A stretch of DNA of 64,000 nucleotides from an uncultured Alphaproteobacteria bacterium (GTDB lineage Bacteria; Pseudomonadota; Alphaproteobacteria; JAJFIK01): positions 9,623 through 73,622 of the forward strand of contig CAZVEE010000001.1 in NCBI GenBank assembly GCA_964625525.1, in the 5' to 3' direction. Below, piece after piece: positions 35,470 through 44,539 of this stretch. Made by a program: the position numbers and the translations under genes. Every line of letters starts with the position of its first letter. The first letter of the stretch is position 1. The notes beneath the pieces were generated by a model. That model made no database searches. It worked only from the letters and a program-made list of their open reading frames with translations, and had not been told where the DNA came from.

Positions 35470-36396
35470 ATGCCGGATCTGACCCTACGCACCATCACCG
35501 ATGACTTGGCCTTTCCCGAAGGTCCTATCGCGCTGCCTGATGGGGCCGTTGTGTTGGTGGAAATCGCGCGCGGGACGTTGACCCTGGTCACGCCCCAGGG
35601 CGCGCGCCACACCATCGCTGATCTCGGCGGCGGGCCCAACGGAGCCGCCCTCGGTCCGGATGGCGCCTATTATGTCTGTAACAATGGTGGGTTTGAGTGG
35701 AGCCGGCGCAATGGCTTGTTGCTGCCCCGTGAGCGGGCCAGCGATTACGAGACCGGCCGCATCGAACGGGTGGATCCGGCCACCGGCGCCGTGGAGCGCC
35801 TCTATGATCACTGGCAGGGCGTGCGTCTGAACGGTCCCAATGACATCGTCTTCGACCGCGCGGGTGGGTTCTATTTCACCGATTTCGGCAAGACCTATGA
35901 CGGGGTGCGAGATCTGGGCGCGATTTATTATGCGCATGCGGACGGCACGCATATCGAGCGGCTACTGTTCCCGCTCGACCAGCCCAACGGTATCGGTCTG
36001 TCACCGGATGAAACTGTGTTATATGTGGCCGACTCCATCACCCGCACGCTCTGGGCCTATGACATCGCCGCGCCGGGTCAACTTAAGGCGCAAGAGGGGA
36101 AACCGCCGCGCGGGCGGGCGCTGGCCTCGCCGGGGGATTTGCAGTTTTTCGATTCTCTCGCCGTTGAGGCGGGCGGGGCGGTTTGTGTCGCCACCATCCG
36201 CAATGCCGGGATCACGCGGGTGGGGCCCGACGGGGCCTGGTTCGAACATTACGCCACCGATGATCCCATGACGACCAATCTGGCCTTTGGCGGCGCAGAT
36301 CTCGCGACAGCCTATATCACGTTGTCCGGGACCGGACGGTTGGTGGCGGCACCTTGGCCCGCACCGGGATTGCCGCTGAATTTTCTCAATGTCTGA
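35470..36396 (+). CDS. SMP-30/gluconolactonase/LRE-family beta-propeller protein
   Basis: FPEGPIALPDG, NGPNDIVFDRAGGFYFTD, PNGIGLSPDETVLYVADS repeats are typical of the family. Confidence 0.8.
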   Translation: MPDLTLRTITDDLAFPEGPIALPDGAVVLVEIARGTLTLVTPQGARHTIADLGGGPNGAALGPDGAYYVCNNGGFEWSRRNGLLLPRERASDYETGRIERVDPATGAVERLYDHWQGVRLNGPNDIVFDRAGGFYFTDFGKTYDGVRDLGAIYYAHADGTHIERLLFPLDQPNGIGLSPDETVLYVADSITRTLWAYDIAAPGQLKAQEGKPPRGRALASPGDLQFFDSLAVEAGGAVCVATIRNAGITRVGPDGAWFEHYATDDPMTTNLAFGGADLATAYITLSGTGRLVAAPWPAPGLPLNFLNV

Positions 36397-36420
36397 GCAC
36401 TATAGAAGGAGAGCTGTGAG

Positions 36421-36771
36421 ATGACTTATGTGGATGGGTTCGTGTTGGCCGTGCCGGCAGATAAGCGGGAAGCCTACCGCGAGAGCGCCCAGAACATGGT
36501 ACCGGTGTTCAAGGACCAGGGCGCCTTGCACGTGGTTGAGTGTTGGGGCGACGACGTGCCCGAAGGCGAGGTCACGTCCTTTCCCCTGGCGGTCAAGTGC
36601 CAGCCTGGTGAAGTGGTTGTCTTTTCCTGGGTCGTCTGGCCGTCAAAGACGGTACGGGACGAGGCGATGCCCAAGGCTATGCAGGACCCCCGCCTGCCGC
36701 CCATGAGCGAGTTGCCCTGGGACGGCAAGCGGGTGATCTTTGGTGGCTTTGAAATGATCGTGGACGGTTAA
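36421..36771 (+). CDS. DUF1428-family protein
   Basis: MTYVDGFVLAVPADKREAY...FGGFEMIV matches the DUF1428 pattern as I remember it. 116 aa. Confidence 0.7.
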   Translation: MTYVDGFVLAVPADKREAYRESAQNMVPVFKDQGALHVVECWGDDVPEGEVTSFPLAVKCQPGEVVVFSWVVWPSKTVRDEAMPKAMQDPRLPPMSELPWDGKRVIFGGFEMIVDG

Positions 36772-36782
36772 GGCGGGCGCCC

Positions 36783-37745
36783 TTAGCGCACCCGTTCGCC
36801 GACCATCCGTTCAGAGAGGAACCAGAGGCGGTCCGCCGCATCGGCACTCGCACCATGCTCGGCAAGGCCTGAGTACCGCGAGCCTCGGCCTTCGCTCAGG
36901 ACCGCCACATTGCAGTCCTCGCAATAGACGCCGCCATGGGCCTCAAGCGGGCCCCAAGTGGCGGCCCATACGCTCGTTGCGGCACCTTGTTCAATGGTCT
37001 TAAAGCCCGACCGCAGCGAGCCGTCTTCCAGGATCCAACCGAGTTGGCGCATTTCTTCCTGCTGAAGGTCCCGTTGCAAGTCGGTCATGATGCCGCCCGG
37101 ATGCACTGAATAGGCATGGATGCCTTGGGGGCCGAAGCGTCGGTCGAACCCCAGCGCGAAAAGGGCGTTGGCGCATTTGGCCTGCCCATACGCCAGCCAC
37201 TTATCGTAAGGCCGCTGGCGGAAGTGGATATCATCGAAAACCACGGGGCTGAGCTTGTGACCGGTGGAGCTGAGCGCCACCACCCGCGCGCCCGGCGCCT
37301 TGCGCAGCGCTGGCAGCAGCAGGCCTGTCAGGAGGAAATGACCCAGATGGTTGGTGGCAAATTGCAACTCATATCCGTCCGGCGTGCGTTGCTCCGGCGT
37401 CGCCATAATGCCTGCATTGTTGATGAGCCGGTCGAGCGGACGCCCGCTCGCTACAAAGGCACTGGCAAAGCGGCGCACGCTGTCGAAACTGCCGAGATCG
37501 AGATCGGCTAACGTCACCGCTTTGGGAAAGTCCGCCACGGCCGCCCGCGCCTTGTCCGGCGAGCGCACCGGCAGCACCACATCCGCCCCAGCGGCGGCAA
37601 AGGCGCGCGCAGTCTCAACGCCAAGTCCGGCAGAGCCACCGGTGATCATCACGGTGCGCCCGGACCAATCCTGATTGCCAATGACCTCCATGGCCGTTGA
37701 TTGGGCCGTAAACGGACTGTCAATGGGATGTTGCACGAAGGGCAT
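36783..37745 (-). CDS. short-chain dehydrogenase/reductase (SDR) family oxidoreductase
   Basis: ITGGSAGLG (TGxxxGxG), NNAG, YGQAK (YxxxK). Confidence 0.85.
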   Translation of the reverse strand: MPFVQHPIDSPFTAQSTAMEVIGNQDWSGRTVMITGGSAGLGVETARAFAAAGADVVLPVRSPDKARAAVADFPKAVTLADLDLGSFDSVRRFASAFVASGRPLDRLINNAGIMATPEQRTPDGYELQFATNHLGHFLLTGLLLPALRKAPGARVVALSSTGHKLSPVVFDDIHFRQRPYDKWLAYGQAKCANALFALGFDRRFGPQGIHAYSVHPGGIMTDLQRDLQQEEMRQLGWILEDGSLRSGFKTIEQGAATSVWAATWGPLEAHGGVYCEDCNVAVLSEGRGSRYSGLAEHGASADAADRLWFLSERMVGERVR

Positions 37746-37784
37746 GGCTGTTCCTCCAAGGCTGTCTTGTGTGCTTTTTTCTGA

Positions 37785-38678
37785 TTATGGGGTGACAGGT
37801 AGGGCCGGCAGCCGGTCCGGATTGTGCCGGTCGAGCCAGCGATTGGCCATAGGCACCGCCCAGGCGCGTAAGCGCTCAAACACCGCTAGGGCCATGTCTG
37901 GCGCGCGCTCGGGCTGACGCCAGAGGCGGTAACAATCGGTCACGTCCGCCCGGTGTTCGGGATGGCGCAGCAGAAACAGATCTGCACACAGATCCGGATC
38001 GTCCGTATAGGCCTCTTCTTCCAAAAGAACCAGCGCCCCACACGCCCGCAGCGCATCGCCTGCGGTGCGCACCGCGCTCTCGCGCACTGCCGCTGGGCCG
38101 CTGGCGGTGGTCACTGTCTTCATGCCCATGCTTAACAGCGCTTCAAAGCCCAGGATCGGGCCGTTGGCGATGGCGGCGCCCAGGCGCGGGCGGGGCAAGC
38201 GTCCGGTGATGTCTTCACCGGCGACGCAGACGCCGGTTGTCGCCAGCAGAAAGGCCGGCGCACAGAAGCGGTCTGTCCCCGGAAAAACCGCGCTCCAACC
38301 ATGAGCGTGAAGGCGCACGGTACGCGCCGCCATCTGCCCGGTAGAGGCGACGCCCGACGCCATGGCCAGCCACCCCGCCGACGGCCCGCCCAGTGTGCGC
38401 CCAGGCCGCAGCACCGCATGCAGATGCACGTCGCTCGCGCATGGCACGGCAAGCCCGCGCGCCACACTGCCGGTGACATAACAGGAGTGCATGCGATCTT
38501 TCAGGTTCCGCTGAAAGGCGCTCACGCCTTGGCGGATGGCAATGGAAAAGATCGGGTCCACCCGCTCCGGGTCACCGTCATTGGCAAGCAGGCCTTGCGC
38601 ATCCATAGGCCACAAACGTCCACGCGGACCGAACAGCGGCTGTCGGCGCAGGGGGCGGATGGGATCGGCCTTGGGCAT
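37785..38678 (-). CDS. hypothetical protein with a divergent Pol-beta-type nucleotidyltransferase fold (AadA/ANT-like architecture)
   Basis: SCYVTGSVARGLAVPCASDVHLHAVL resembles hhhGSxxxGxxxxxSD(I/V)D. A helical C-terminal half as in ANT(3'')-type enzymes. ATG 38678 is preceded by GAGGAG. The 61 codons upstream in the ORF look non-coding. Confidence 0.5.
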   Translation of the reverse strand: MPKADPIRPLRRQPLFGPRGRLWPMDAQGLLANDGDPERVDPIFSIAIRQGVSAFQRNLKDRMHSCYVTGSVARGLAVPCASDVHLHAVLRPGRTLGGPSAGWLAMASGVASTGQMAARTVRLHAHGWSAVFPGTDRFCAPAFLLATTGVCVAGEDITGRLPRPRLGAAIANGPILGFEALLSMGMKTVTTASGPAAVRESAVRTAGDALRACGALVLLEEEAYTDDPDLCADLFLLRHPEHRADVTDCYRLWRQPERAPDMALAVFERLRAWAVPMANRWLDRHNPDRLPALPVTP

Positions 38679-38865
38679 GGCGAAACTCCTCTTCGCCGCC
38701 AGCCTAGCACCATGCGGCGCGCGCGTGCACCCATGCGTAGGCCGCGGGGCGTGCCAAAGACAATCGCGTGTGGGGGGCCGCCGGGTGCCAAGGGTGCGCT
38801 GGCGAGCAGAAACTGTGGATGCGCCAAGCGCCCCGCTCCGCATGCGGCATAATGGGGTCAACCGG

Positions 38866-39945
38866 TTACAGCATCACAATGCGGGGCGGCGTGCGCTTCA
38901 GCGTGCCCAGCCGTTCGGCGACGGCCTCGGCCAGTGTCAGGAAGGGGCGGGTGGCGGCTGCGTCCGGCTGGGCGGCGACAATGGGCGCGCCCGCGTCCGA
39001 GCCTGCGCCGATTTCCGGATAGATGGGGATCTCGCCCAGGAAAGGCGCGCCCAGCATCTCCGCGGTGCGCCGGGCGCCGCCCTCGCCGAAGATATAGCTG
39101 CGATTGCCGTCGGGCAGGCCAAACCACGCCATGTTCTCCACGATCCCGAGGACCGGCACATGCGTGCGCTCGAACATGGCCAGGCCCTTGCGCGCATCGA
39201 TGAGCGCGATCTCCTGCGGTGTTGAGACGATCACAGCCCCCGACAGCGCCACCCGCTGCGCCATGGTCAGTTGCGCGTCCCCGGTGCCCGGCGGCATGTC
39301 CACCACCAGCACATCAAGCTCCCCCCAATCCACATCCCCCAGCAACTGGCCAATGGCGCTCGACACCATGGGGCCGCGCCAGATCATGGGCTTTTCGGTA
39401 TCGACCAGAAGGCCGATGGACATGACTTTGAGGCCGTAAGCATCCGCCGGGTTGAGTTTCTTCACACCATCGCCATCGGGGGCGTCGGTAAGGTTCAGCA
39501 TGCGCGGGATGGAGGGCCCATAAATGTCGGCGTCGAGCAGGCCCACCCGTTTGCCGAGCCGCGCCAGGCCGAGCGCCAAATTGACCGCCACTGTGGATTT
39601 CCCCACGCCGCCCTTGCCGCTCGCCACGGCAATGATGTCCGTGACACCGGGCAGCCGGATTGGGCCCCCGCGCTGGGGCGGGGGTTTGGGGCCCGGATTC
39701 GGGGCCGGTGCGGCTTCTGCCGTCACGATGGCCTCGACGTCTTCAATGCCATCAACGCTCTGCGCGCAGGCCACAACTGCCGCCCGCACCGCTTCAGCCG
39801 CCGCCGCGTTACTCCCCTTGGGCAGCTCGATCACGATCCGTGCCGCGCTATGCTCCACGGTGATGGAGCGCACGGCAGCGCCCGCCGGTCGCGTGAGGGG
39901 GACAAGAGCGGCCCGCAGGGCCTCGTCGGGGGCAGGCTGAGCCAT
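38866..39945 (-). CDS. apbC: Fe-S cluster carrier ATPase Mrp/ApbC
   Basis: N-terminal DUF59-like region, then IAVASGKGGVGKST deviant Walker A and DMPPGTGD. Confidence 0.9.
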   Translation of the reverse strand: MAQPAPDEALRAALVPLTRPAGAAVRSITVEHSAARIVIELPKGSNAAAAEAVRAAVVACAQSVDGIEDVEAIVTAEAAPAPNPGPKPPPQRGGPIRLPGVTDIIAVASGKGGVGKSTVAVNLALGLARLGKRVGLLDADIYGPSIPRMLNLTDAPDGDGVKKLNPADAYGLKVMSIGLLVDTEKPMIWRGPMVSSAIGQLLGDVDWGELDVLVVDMPPGTGDAQLTMAQRVALSGAVIVSTPQEIALIDARKGLAMFERTHVPVLGIVENMAWFGLPDGNRSYIFGEGGARRTAEMLGAPFLGEIPIYPEIGAGSDAGAPIVAAQPDAAATRPFLTLAEAVAERLGTLKRTPPRIVML

Positions 39946-40246
39946 GGTCAAGCGGTCCGTTTGAAAGGGCGCGGCGCGTGGGTCGCGTTGCGACTCTGTT
40001 GGCCCTGTCATATAACGCAAGAGGGCTGGGTTTCACCGTCGGCCAAGGCGAGAGGCGGTGACCAGGGTGATGCGGAGTGATGACGCGCGGCGGAAATTGG
40101 CCGATTGCGCGGGATGCGGGAGCCGCGGCCCTTGATGCGGGCGGAAAAAAGGCCATTTCCAGCCGAGATTTATGCGAAGAATTCCTGTCCGTGCGCCCGG
40201 GTTTGGCGCCAGCGCAGGCACGCAGGTGAGTGAGGGACCCCAAGGA

Positions 40247-41383
40247 ATGCCCTGGAAGAATCAAGGCGGCGGCAACTGGCAAAACGGCAACGGACGCGGT
40301 CCGTGGGGGCAGGGCCCCGGCGGCGGTGGCGCCGGCGGCGGCGATCAGACGCCGGACCTGGAAGATCTCATTCGCCGCGGGCAGGAGCGGTTCCGCTCCG
40401 TGACCGGTGGCGGTGGCGGCCTCAGCGGTGGCTTCATCTTCCTGATTTTCATCGCCCTGGTGCTCGTGTGGCTCGCGAGCGGCATTTACCGCGTCGGTGT
40501 CGATGAGCAGGGCGTGGTCACGCGCTTTGGCGAGCGCAGCCGTCTGACCGAGCCGGGCATCAACTATCACTTGCCCTGGCCCATTGAGGCGGTGCAGACG
40601 CCGAAAGTCACACAGCAGCGCAGCATCGATATCGGCTTTGTGGAGCGGCCCGGCGGCCAGCGCCAGGACCGGCGCGAGGAAAGCTTGATGCTGACCGGTG
40701 ATGAGAACATTGTGGATGTGGATTTCACCGTTCTGTGGGTGATTTCCAACGCCGCTGACTACCTCTTCAACATTCAGAACCCGGAAACGACCGTGCGCGA
40801 CGTGGGCGAAAGCGCCATGCGCGAAGTGGTGGGCCGCACACAGCTGCAAAGCGCCCTGACCGAATCGCGCGGCCAGATCGAGGCGGAAGTGAAGGACCTG
40901 ATCCAGGCGACGCTGGATGACTATGTGGCCGGTATCCGCATCACCGAAGTGCAGCTTCAGCAAGTGGATCCGCCCGGCGCCGTGATCGAAGCGTTCCGCG
41001 ACGTGCAAGCCGCCCGTCAGGACCAGGAACGTCTGCGGAACCAGGCCGAGGCTTATGCCAACCGGATCATCCCGGAGGCGCGTGGTGAGGCCGAGCAGAT
41101 CCTGCAGCAGGCCGAAGGCTACAAGCAGACCATCGTGGCCGATGCGCAGGGTGCCGCCCAACGCTTTGTGTCGATTTACGAAGAATACCGCCAGGCGCCG
41201 GACGTGACCCGCCGCCGCCTGTTCCTGGAGACCATGGAGCGGGTGTTCCAGGACATGAACAAAGTGGTGATTGACGACGAAGCGTCGGGATCGGGCGTCG
41301 TGCCGTATCTGCCGCTGCCGGAAGTGCAGCGCCGTTCACAGTCTGGCTCCGCCACGCAGTCCGGTCAGGGAGGCACGCAGTAA
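40247..41383 (+). CDS. hflK: FtsH protease modulator HflK
   Basis: MPWKNQGGGNW Gly-rich N-terminus, TM segment, SPFH/band-7 domain. Followed by hflC. Confidence 0.9.
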   Translation: MPWKNQGGGNWQNGNGRGPWGQGPGGGGAGGGDQTPDLEDLIRRGQERFRSVTGGGGGLSGGFIFLIFIALVLVWLASGIYRVGVDEQGVVTRFGERSRLTEPGINYHLPWPIEAVQTPKVTQQRSIDIGFVERPGGQRQDRREESLMLTGDENIVDVDFTVLWVISNAADYLFNIQNPETTVRDVGESAMREVVGRTQLQSALTESRGQIEAEVKDLIQATLDDYVAGIRITEVQLQQVDPPGAVIEAFRDVQAARQDQERLRNQAEAYANRIIPEARGEAEQILQQAEGYKQTIVADAQGAAQRFVSIYEEYRQAPDVTRRRLFLETMERVFQDMNKVVIDDEASGSGVVPYLPLPEVQRRSQSGSATQSGQGGTQ

Positions 41384-41384
41384 C

Positions 41385-42260
41385 ATGGCCCGTTGGTTTA
41401 CCATTACGCTTTTCATTATTGTCGGTTTGGGTCTGCTGCTGGTCTCCGGCACGGTGTTCACCGTTCACGAGACGCGTCAGGCGCTGGTGCTCCAGTTCGG
41501 GCAGATCGTGCGCGTGGTCCAGGACCCAGGCCTGAACTTCAAAGTGCCGTTCATCCAGAATGCGGTTTACCTCGACAGCCGGATTCTGGATTTGAACACG
41601 CCGCCTGAAGAAGTGCTGGCGTCGGACCAGAAGCGTCTGATCGTGGATGCCTTCGCCCGCTGGCGCATCACTGATCCGCTGCGCTTCTATCAGACCGTGA
41701 ACAATGAGCGCGCGGCGCGGGGGCGACTGTCGACCTTCCTCAACACCAGTGTGCGCACCGAGTTGGCCGAGCAGGAATTCGCCACATTGCTGTCGGGTGA
41801 GCGCGCCGCGTTAATGGTCACGATCCGCGATGACGTGAACGCCAAGGCGGCGGAAATCGGCGTGGAAATCGTGGATGTGCGGATCCGCCGGGCAGACCTG
41901 CCGGAAGCCAACTCGCAAGCCGTGTTCAGCCGCATGCAGACCGAGCGCGAACGCGAAGCGGCGGAAGCCCGCGCGCAAGGCCGCGAGATTGCGCAGCGCA
42001 TTCGCTCTCGTGCGGACCGGGAAGTGGCGGTGCTGCTCGCCGATTCGCGCCGCGACTCTGAAATCATCCGCGGTGAGGGTGATGCAGAGCGCAACAAGAT
42101 CTTCGCCGATGCCTTTGGCCGTGATCCGGACTTCTTCGCCTTCTACCGGGCCATGCAAGCCTATGAGCGGGCGCTGCAATCCGGCGACACCACCATGGTG
42201 CTCTCGCCCAACAGCGAATTCTTCCGCTTCTTCGGCGATATCGAAGGTCGCGGTCGCTAA
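41385..42260 (+). CDS. hflC: FtsH protease modulator HflC
   Basis: N-terminal TM segment (WFTITLFIIVGLGLLLV) and SPFH domain. Starts 1 nt after the hflK stop. Confidence 0.9.
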   Translation: MARWFTITLFIIVGLGLLLVSGTVFTVHETRQALVLQFGQIVRVVQDPGLNFKVPFIQNAVYLDSRILDLNTPPEEVLASDQKRLIVDAFARWRITDPLRFYQTVNNERAARGRLSTFLNTSVRTELAEQEFATLLSGERAALMVTIRDDVNAKAAEIGVEIVDVRIRRADLPEANSQAVFSRMQTEREREAAEARAQGREIAQRIRSRADREVAVLLADSRRDSEIIRGEGDAERNKIFADAFGRDPDFFAFYRAMQAYERALQSGDTTMVLSPNSEFFRFFGDIEGRGR

Positions 42261-42292
42261 ACCAGGCGCTAAGACGACGTCAGATCCCTCAA

Positions 42293-42322
42293 GGGCCGGT
42301 CCAATAGGACCGGCCCTTTTCG
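42293..42322 (+). terminator. rho-independent terminator after hflC
   Basis: GGGCCGGTCC-AATA-GGACCGGCCC followed by TTTTCGTGTTT. Confidence 0.85.
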
Positions 42323-42344
42323 TGTTTGGGGTACCAGGCGTTGA

Positions 42345-42374
42345 TTGACAATTCGGACAATGGGCTCATATCCT
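42345..42374 (+). promoter_or_regulatory. sigma-70-like promoter candidate (TTGACA-N18-TATCCT)
   Basis: Consensus -35 hexamer and a plausible -10 in an AT-richer spacer, about 90 nt before ATG 42465. Confidence 0.35.
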
Positions 42375-42464
42375 GCAACCTAAGATGTAGGTAGGCGTCG
42401 GGAGTATGACTGTTACGGGTCTCAGAGAGTTTCAGGTCAAAGCCATGTGAGGGGGGATAACCAC

Positions 42465-44261
42465 ATGCTTTTCCAAACGCACCATTCGTCAACCATGTCG
42501 CGTGCCCGCACCGGGGTACGCTTTTCCAAGCTTGCGGGGGTTTCAGCCCTGGCACTCGCGCTCACGATCCTGCCGCCTGCTAATGCTCAAGCCTCATTCC
42601 TGGCCACGGTAGGGTCCATGTGCGTGGCCGCCCCAGGAGCCTGCCTTGGCGCCGCCGGCGCAGCGCTCGGTGTGGTCAGCAGCGCCATCGATTTTGGCAC
42701 CGCCGTTATCGGGTTGTCGGATGACGATACGCCGTCTCGCGCCAATGGTGTCACCCGCTCGGATATTGCTGGTCTGTCCTCGGCCCAGGCGCAAATCCGG
42801 ACTCGCATCACCACGCTCGAAGCTCAGAATGCTGAGATCCTCACGGATCTCGCCGAGATCAGCCAAGCGCTGACCACATTTGAAAGCCGCACCATGCGCA
42901 GCCTCGCTGAAATGCGCGACCGGCTTTCTGAAATCCGCACAATCCTGCTGGCAATGCAGCAAGAGATGCGCGACGGCTTTGAAAACACCATGGCGGCCAT
43001 CGACCGTCTTCCGCAGCGCGTGGCACAGGAAGTTGCGATCACGGCCTTACAGGTGCGTGTGGGCAGTGCCTTGCGGCGCGCGCGCTCTCTGGCCGGCCAA
43101 GCGAGCTTCGCAGCGCGCGAAGAGCGGCTGCGCCAGGAACTGGCCCTCGTCCAATCTGATCATCAACGCGCGCCGGATAGTGCGATGGCGATGGCGCCGC
43201 CAGTGGTCCTCGACGCTCAATATGTGATTGCCGATGACGCGGAGGCGTTGCGCCAGGACATCCGAAAGATTGCGGAGGACATGTCTGGTGTGGTCGATGT
43301 CGTCGACTGGGACAACCGGGCCGTGACAGTTGATTACAGTCTGATGACGAATTACCGCAATTTGGTCGGTGTCTATTTTAGTCTGTATGCCTCAGAACTC
43401 GCCATGCTGCATCGGAATGAACGCGATTTCTCAGGAGACAGTCACGAGGTGATGGTAAGCCAGCTTGAGGAAACGCTGCAGACGTTCAAACAGGCGTCCA
43501 ATTGGGATGGCACGACCGACACGCTGGAACAAGCCCATCGCGAGATGCGGGGCCGGTTCATAGAAACCCTCCGTGGCGATGCGATCTCGTCGGTGCGCGG
43601 ACAGGTGCTTGATGGAACATCCAGCGTCACGGTATGTGCTCGCGATGCCGAGAGCCTCTATGCGGCCAAGGTGACCCTGACCCTCACACCGGGCGTTCTG
43701 TCGGACCTATCTTTCGTCGATGTGGCGCCAGGCACTGTGGTGGCGCGCTACGAAGATGAGGCCAGCGCCGTGGCAGGCTGTGTGTCGGTCCCGGAGCAAC
43801 GGGGCGGCGCCACCCAACAAGCGGCGGTGCGCGATACGGCGGAGGCTTATGCTCAGGCGTTCCAGCTCAACGCGCTTTATCTGAAATTCCTCGCGGTGCA
43901 GCACGATCTGTTCCGGGAGCTGGAGCGTGAACACGACCATTTGAGCGCCGAACTCACGCAACAGCGCCGGACGGCGCAGGAGGAGCCTTTCGCGGTGGCC
44001 GAGCGCGCCTTGCGTGTGGACTGCAGCTTCCGCGAGGATCCGCGCCTCAACAGCAATGGCGGTTCTCTGGTGGTCGAGCTTCGCGTCCGCCCCAATGGCC
44101 GGCTCGCAGACGTCGAGGTCTTGGAGCGTGACGGGGTCTCGGGCAGCGAGGGGTATCTTGCAACCCGTCTCCAGCGCAGCATGCGTTGCGGCCAGTATCG
44201 GCCCCGCCAAGTCAACGGCGAGGATGTCTTCATCCGCCAGCGCGTGACCATTCACCTTTGA
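42465..44261 (+). CDS. hypothetical secreted/envelope protein: signal-like N-terminus, coiled-coil region, TonB-C-terminal-like domain
   Basis: ATG 42465 follows GAGGGGGG. SALALALTILPPANAQA signal-like segment. E/R/L/Q-rich heptad-like stretch. The last ~70 aa, GSLVVELRVRPNGRLADVEVLER...YRPRQVNGEDVF..RVTIHL, follow the TonB_C pattern. Single uninterrupted 1.8-kb ORF. Confidence 0.6.
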   Translation: MLFQTHHSSTMSRARTGVRFSKLAGVSALALALTILPPANAQASFLATVGSMCVAAPGACLGAAGAALGVVSSAIDFGTAVIGLSDDDTPSRANGVTRSDIAGLSSAQAQIRTRITTLEAQNAEILTDLAEISQALTTFESRTMRSLAEMRDRLSEIRTILLAMQQEMRDGFENTMAAIDRLPQRVAQEVAITALQVRVGSALRRARSLAGQASFAAREERLRQELALVQSDHQRAPDSAMAMAPPVVLDAQYVIADDAEALRQDIRKIAEDMSGVVDVVDWDNRAVTVDYSLMTNYRNLVGVYFSLYASELAMLHRNERDFSGDSHEVMVSQLEETLQTFKQASNWDGTTDTLEQAHREMRGRFIETLRGDAISSVRGQVLDGTSSVTVCARDAESLYAAKVTLTLTPGVLSDLSFVDVAPGTVVARYEDEASAVAGCVSVPEQRGGATQQAAVRDTAEAYAQAFQLNALYLKFLAVQHDLFRELEREHDHLSAELTQQRRTAQEEPFAVAERALRVDCSFREDPRLNSNGGSLVVELRVRPNGRLADVEVLERDGVSGSEGYLATRLQRSMRCGQYRPRQVNGEDVFIRQRVTIHL

Positions 44262-44539
44262 GTGACGGTAACGCCTAAGCCAAACGGTTTGTCGCGAAAG
44301 ACCAGCGGTTGGCCGCACCGGCACCGGCCCGGTGCGCCGCCGCCTGCGTGTGAGCCCTAAATGTGCCTTAATGGCGTGGCCGTTAGAACCATACCGATTG
44401 GGTTGAGGGAGCCGATCGCGAAACCATAAGCGCTTTGGCGTGGCGGAGTGTTGTGTGGGCGGGAGAGCCGTGGCGGCACAGACTCTGATAGGCTTCGACC
44501 CCCTCGAATGGATGGGATGCACGAGGAGGACTAGAGATC

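Noticed and set aside
37785-38861. The full 358-aa version of the NTase-like ORF, and a possible HEPN-type RxxxxH motif (RHPEH) in its C-terminal half, which would suggest an MNT/HEPN-like toxin-antitoxin fusion.
   Set aside because: The first 61 codons look non-coding and a strong SD precedes ATG 38678. The R-to-H spacing is only 3 residues rather than the canonical 4-6, so a HEPN RNase assignment is not supported by what I can see.
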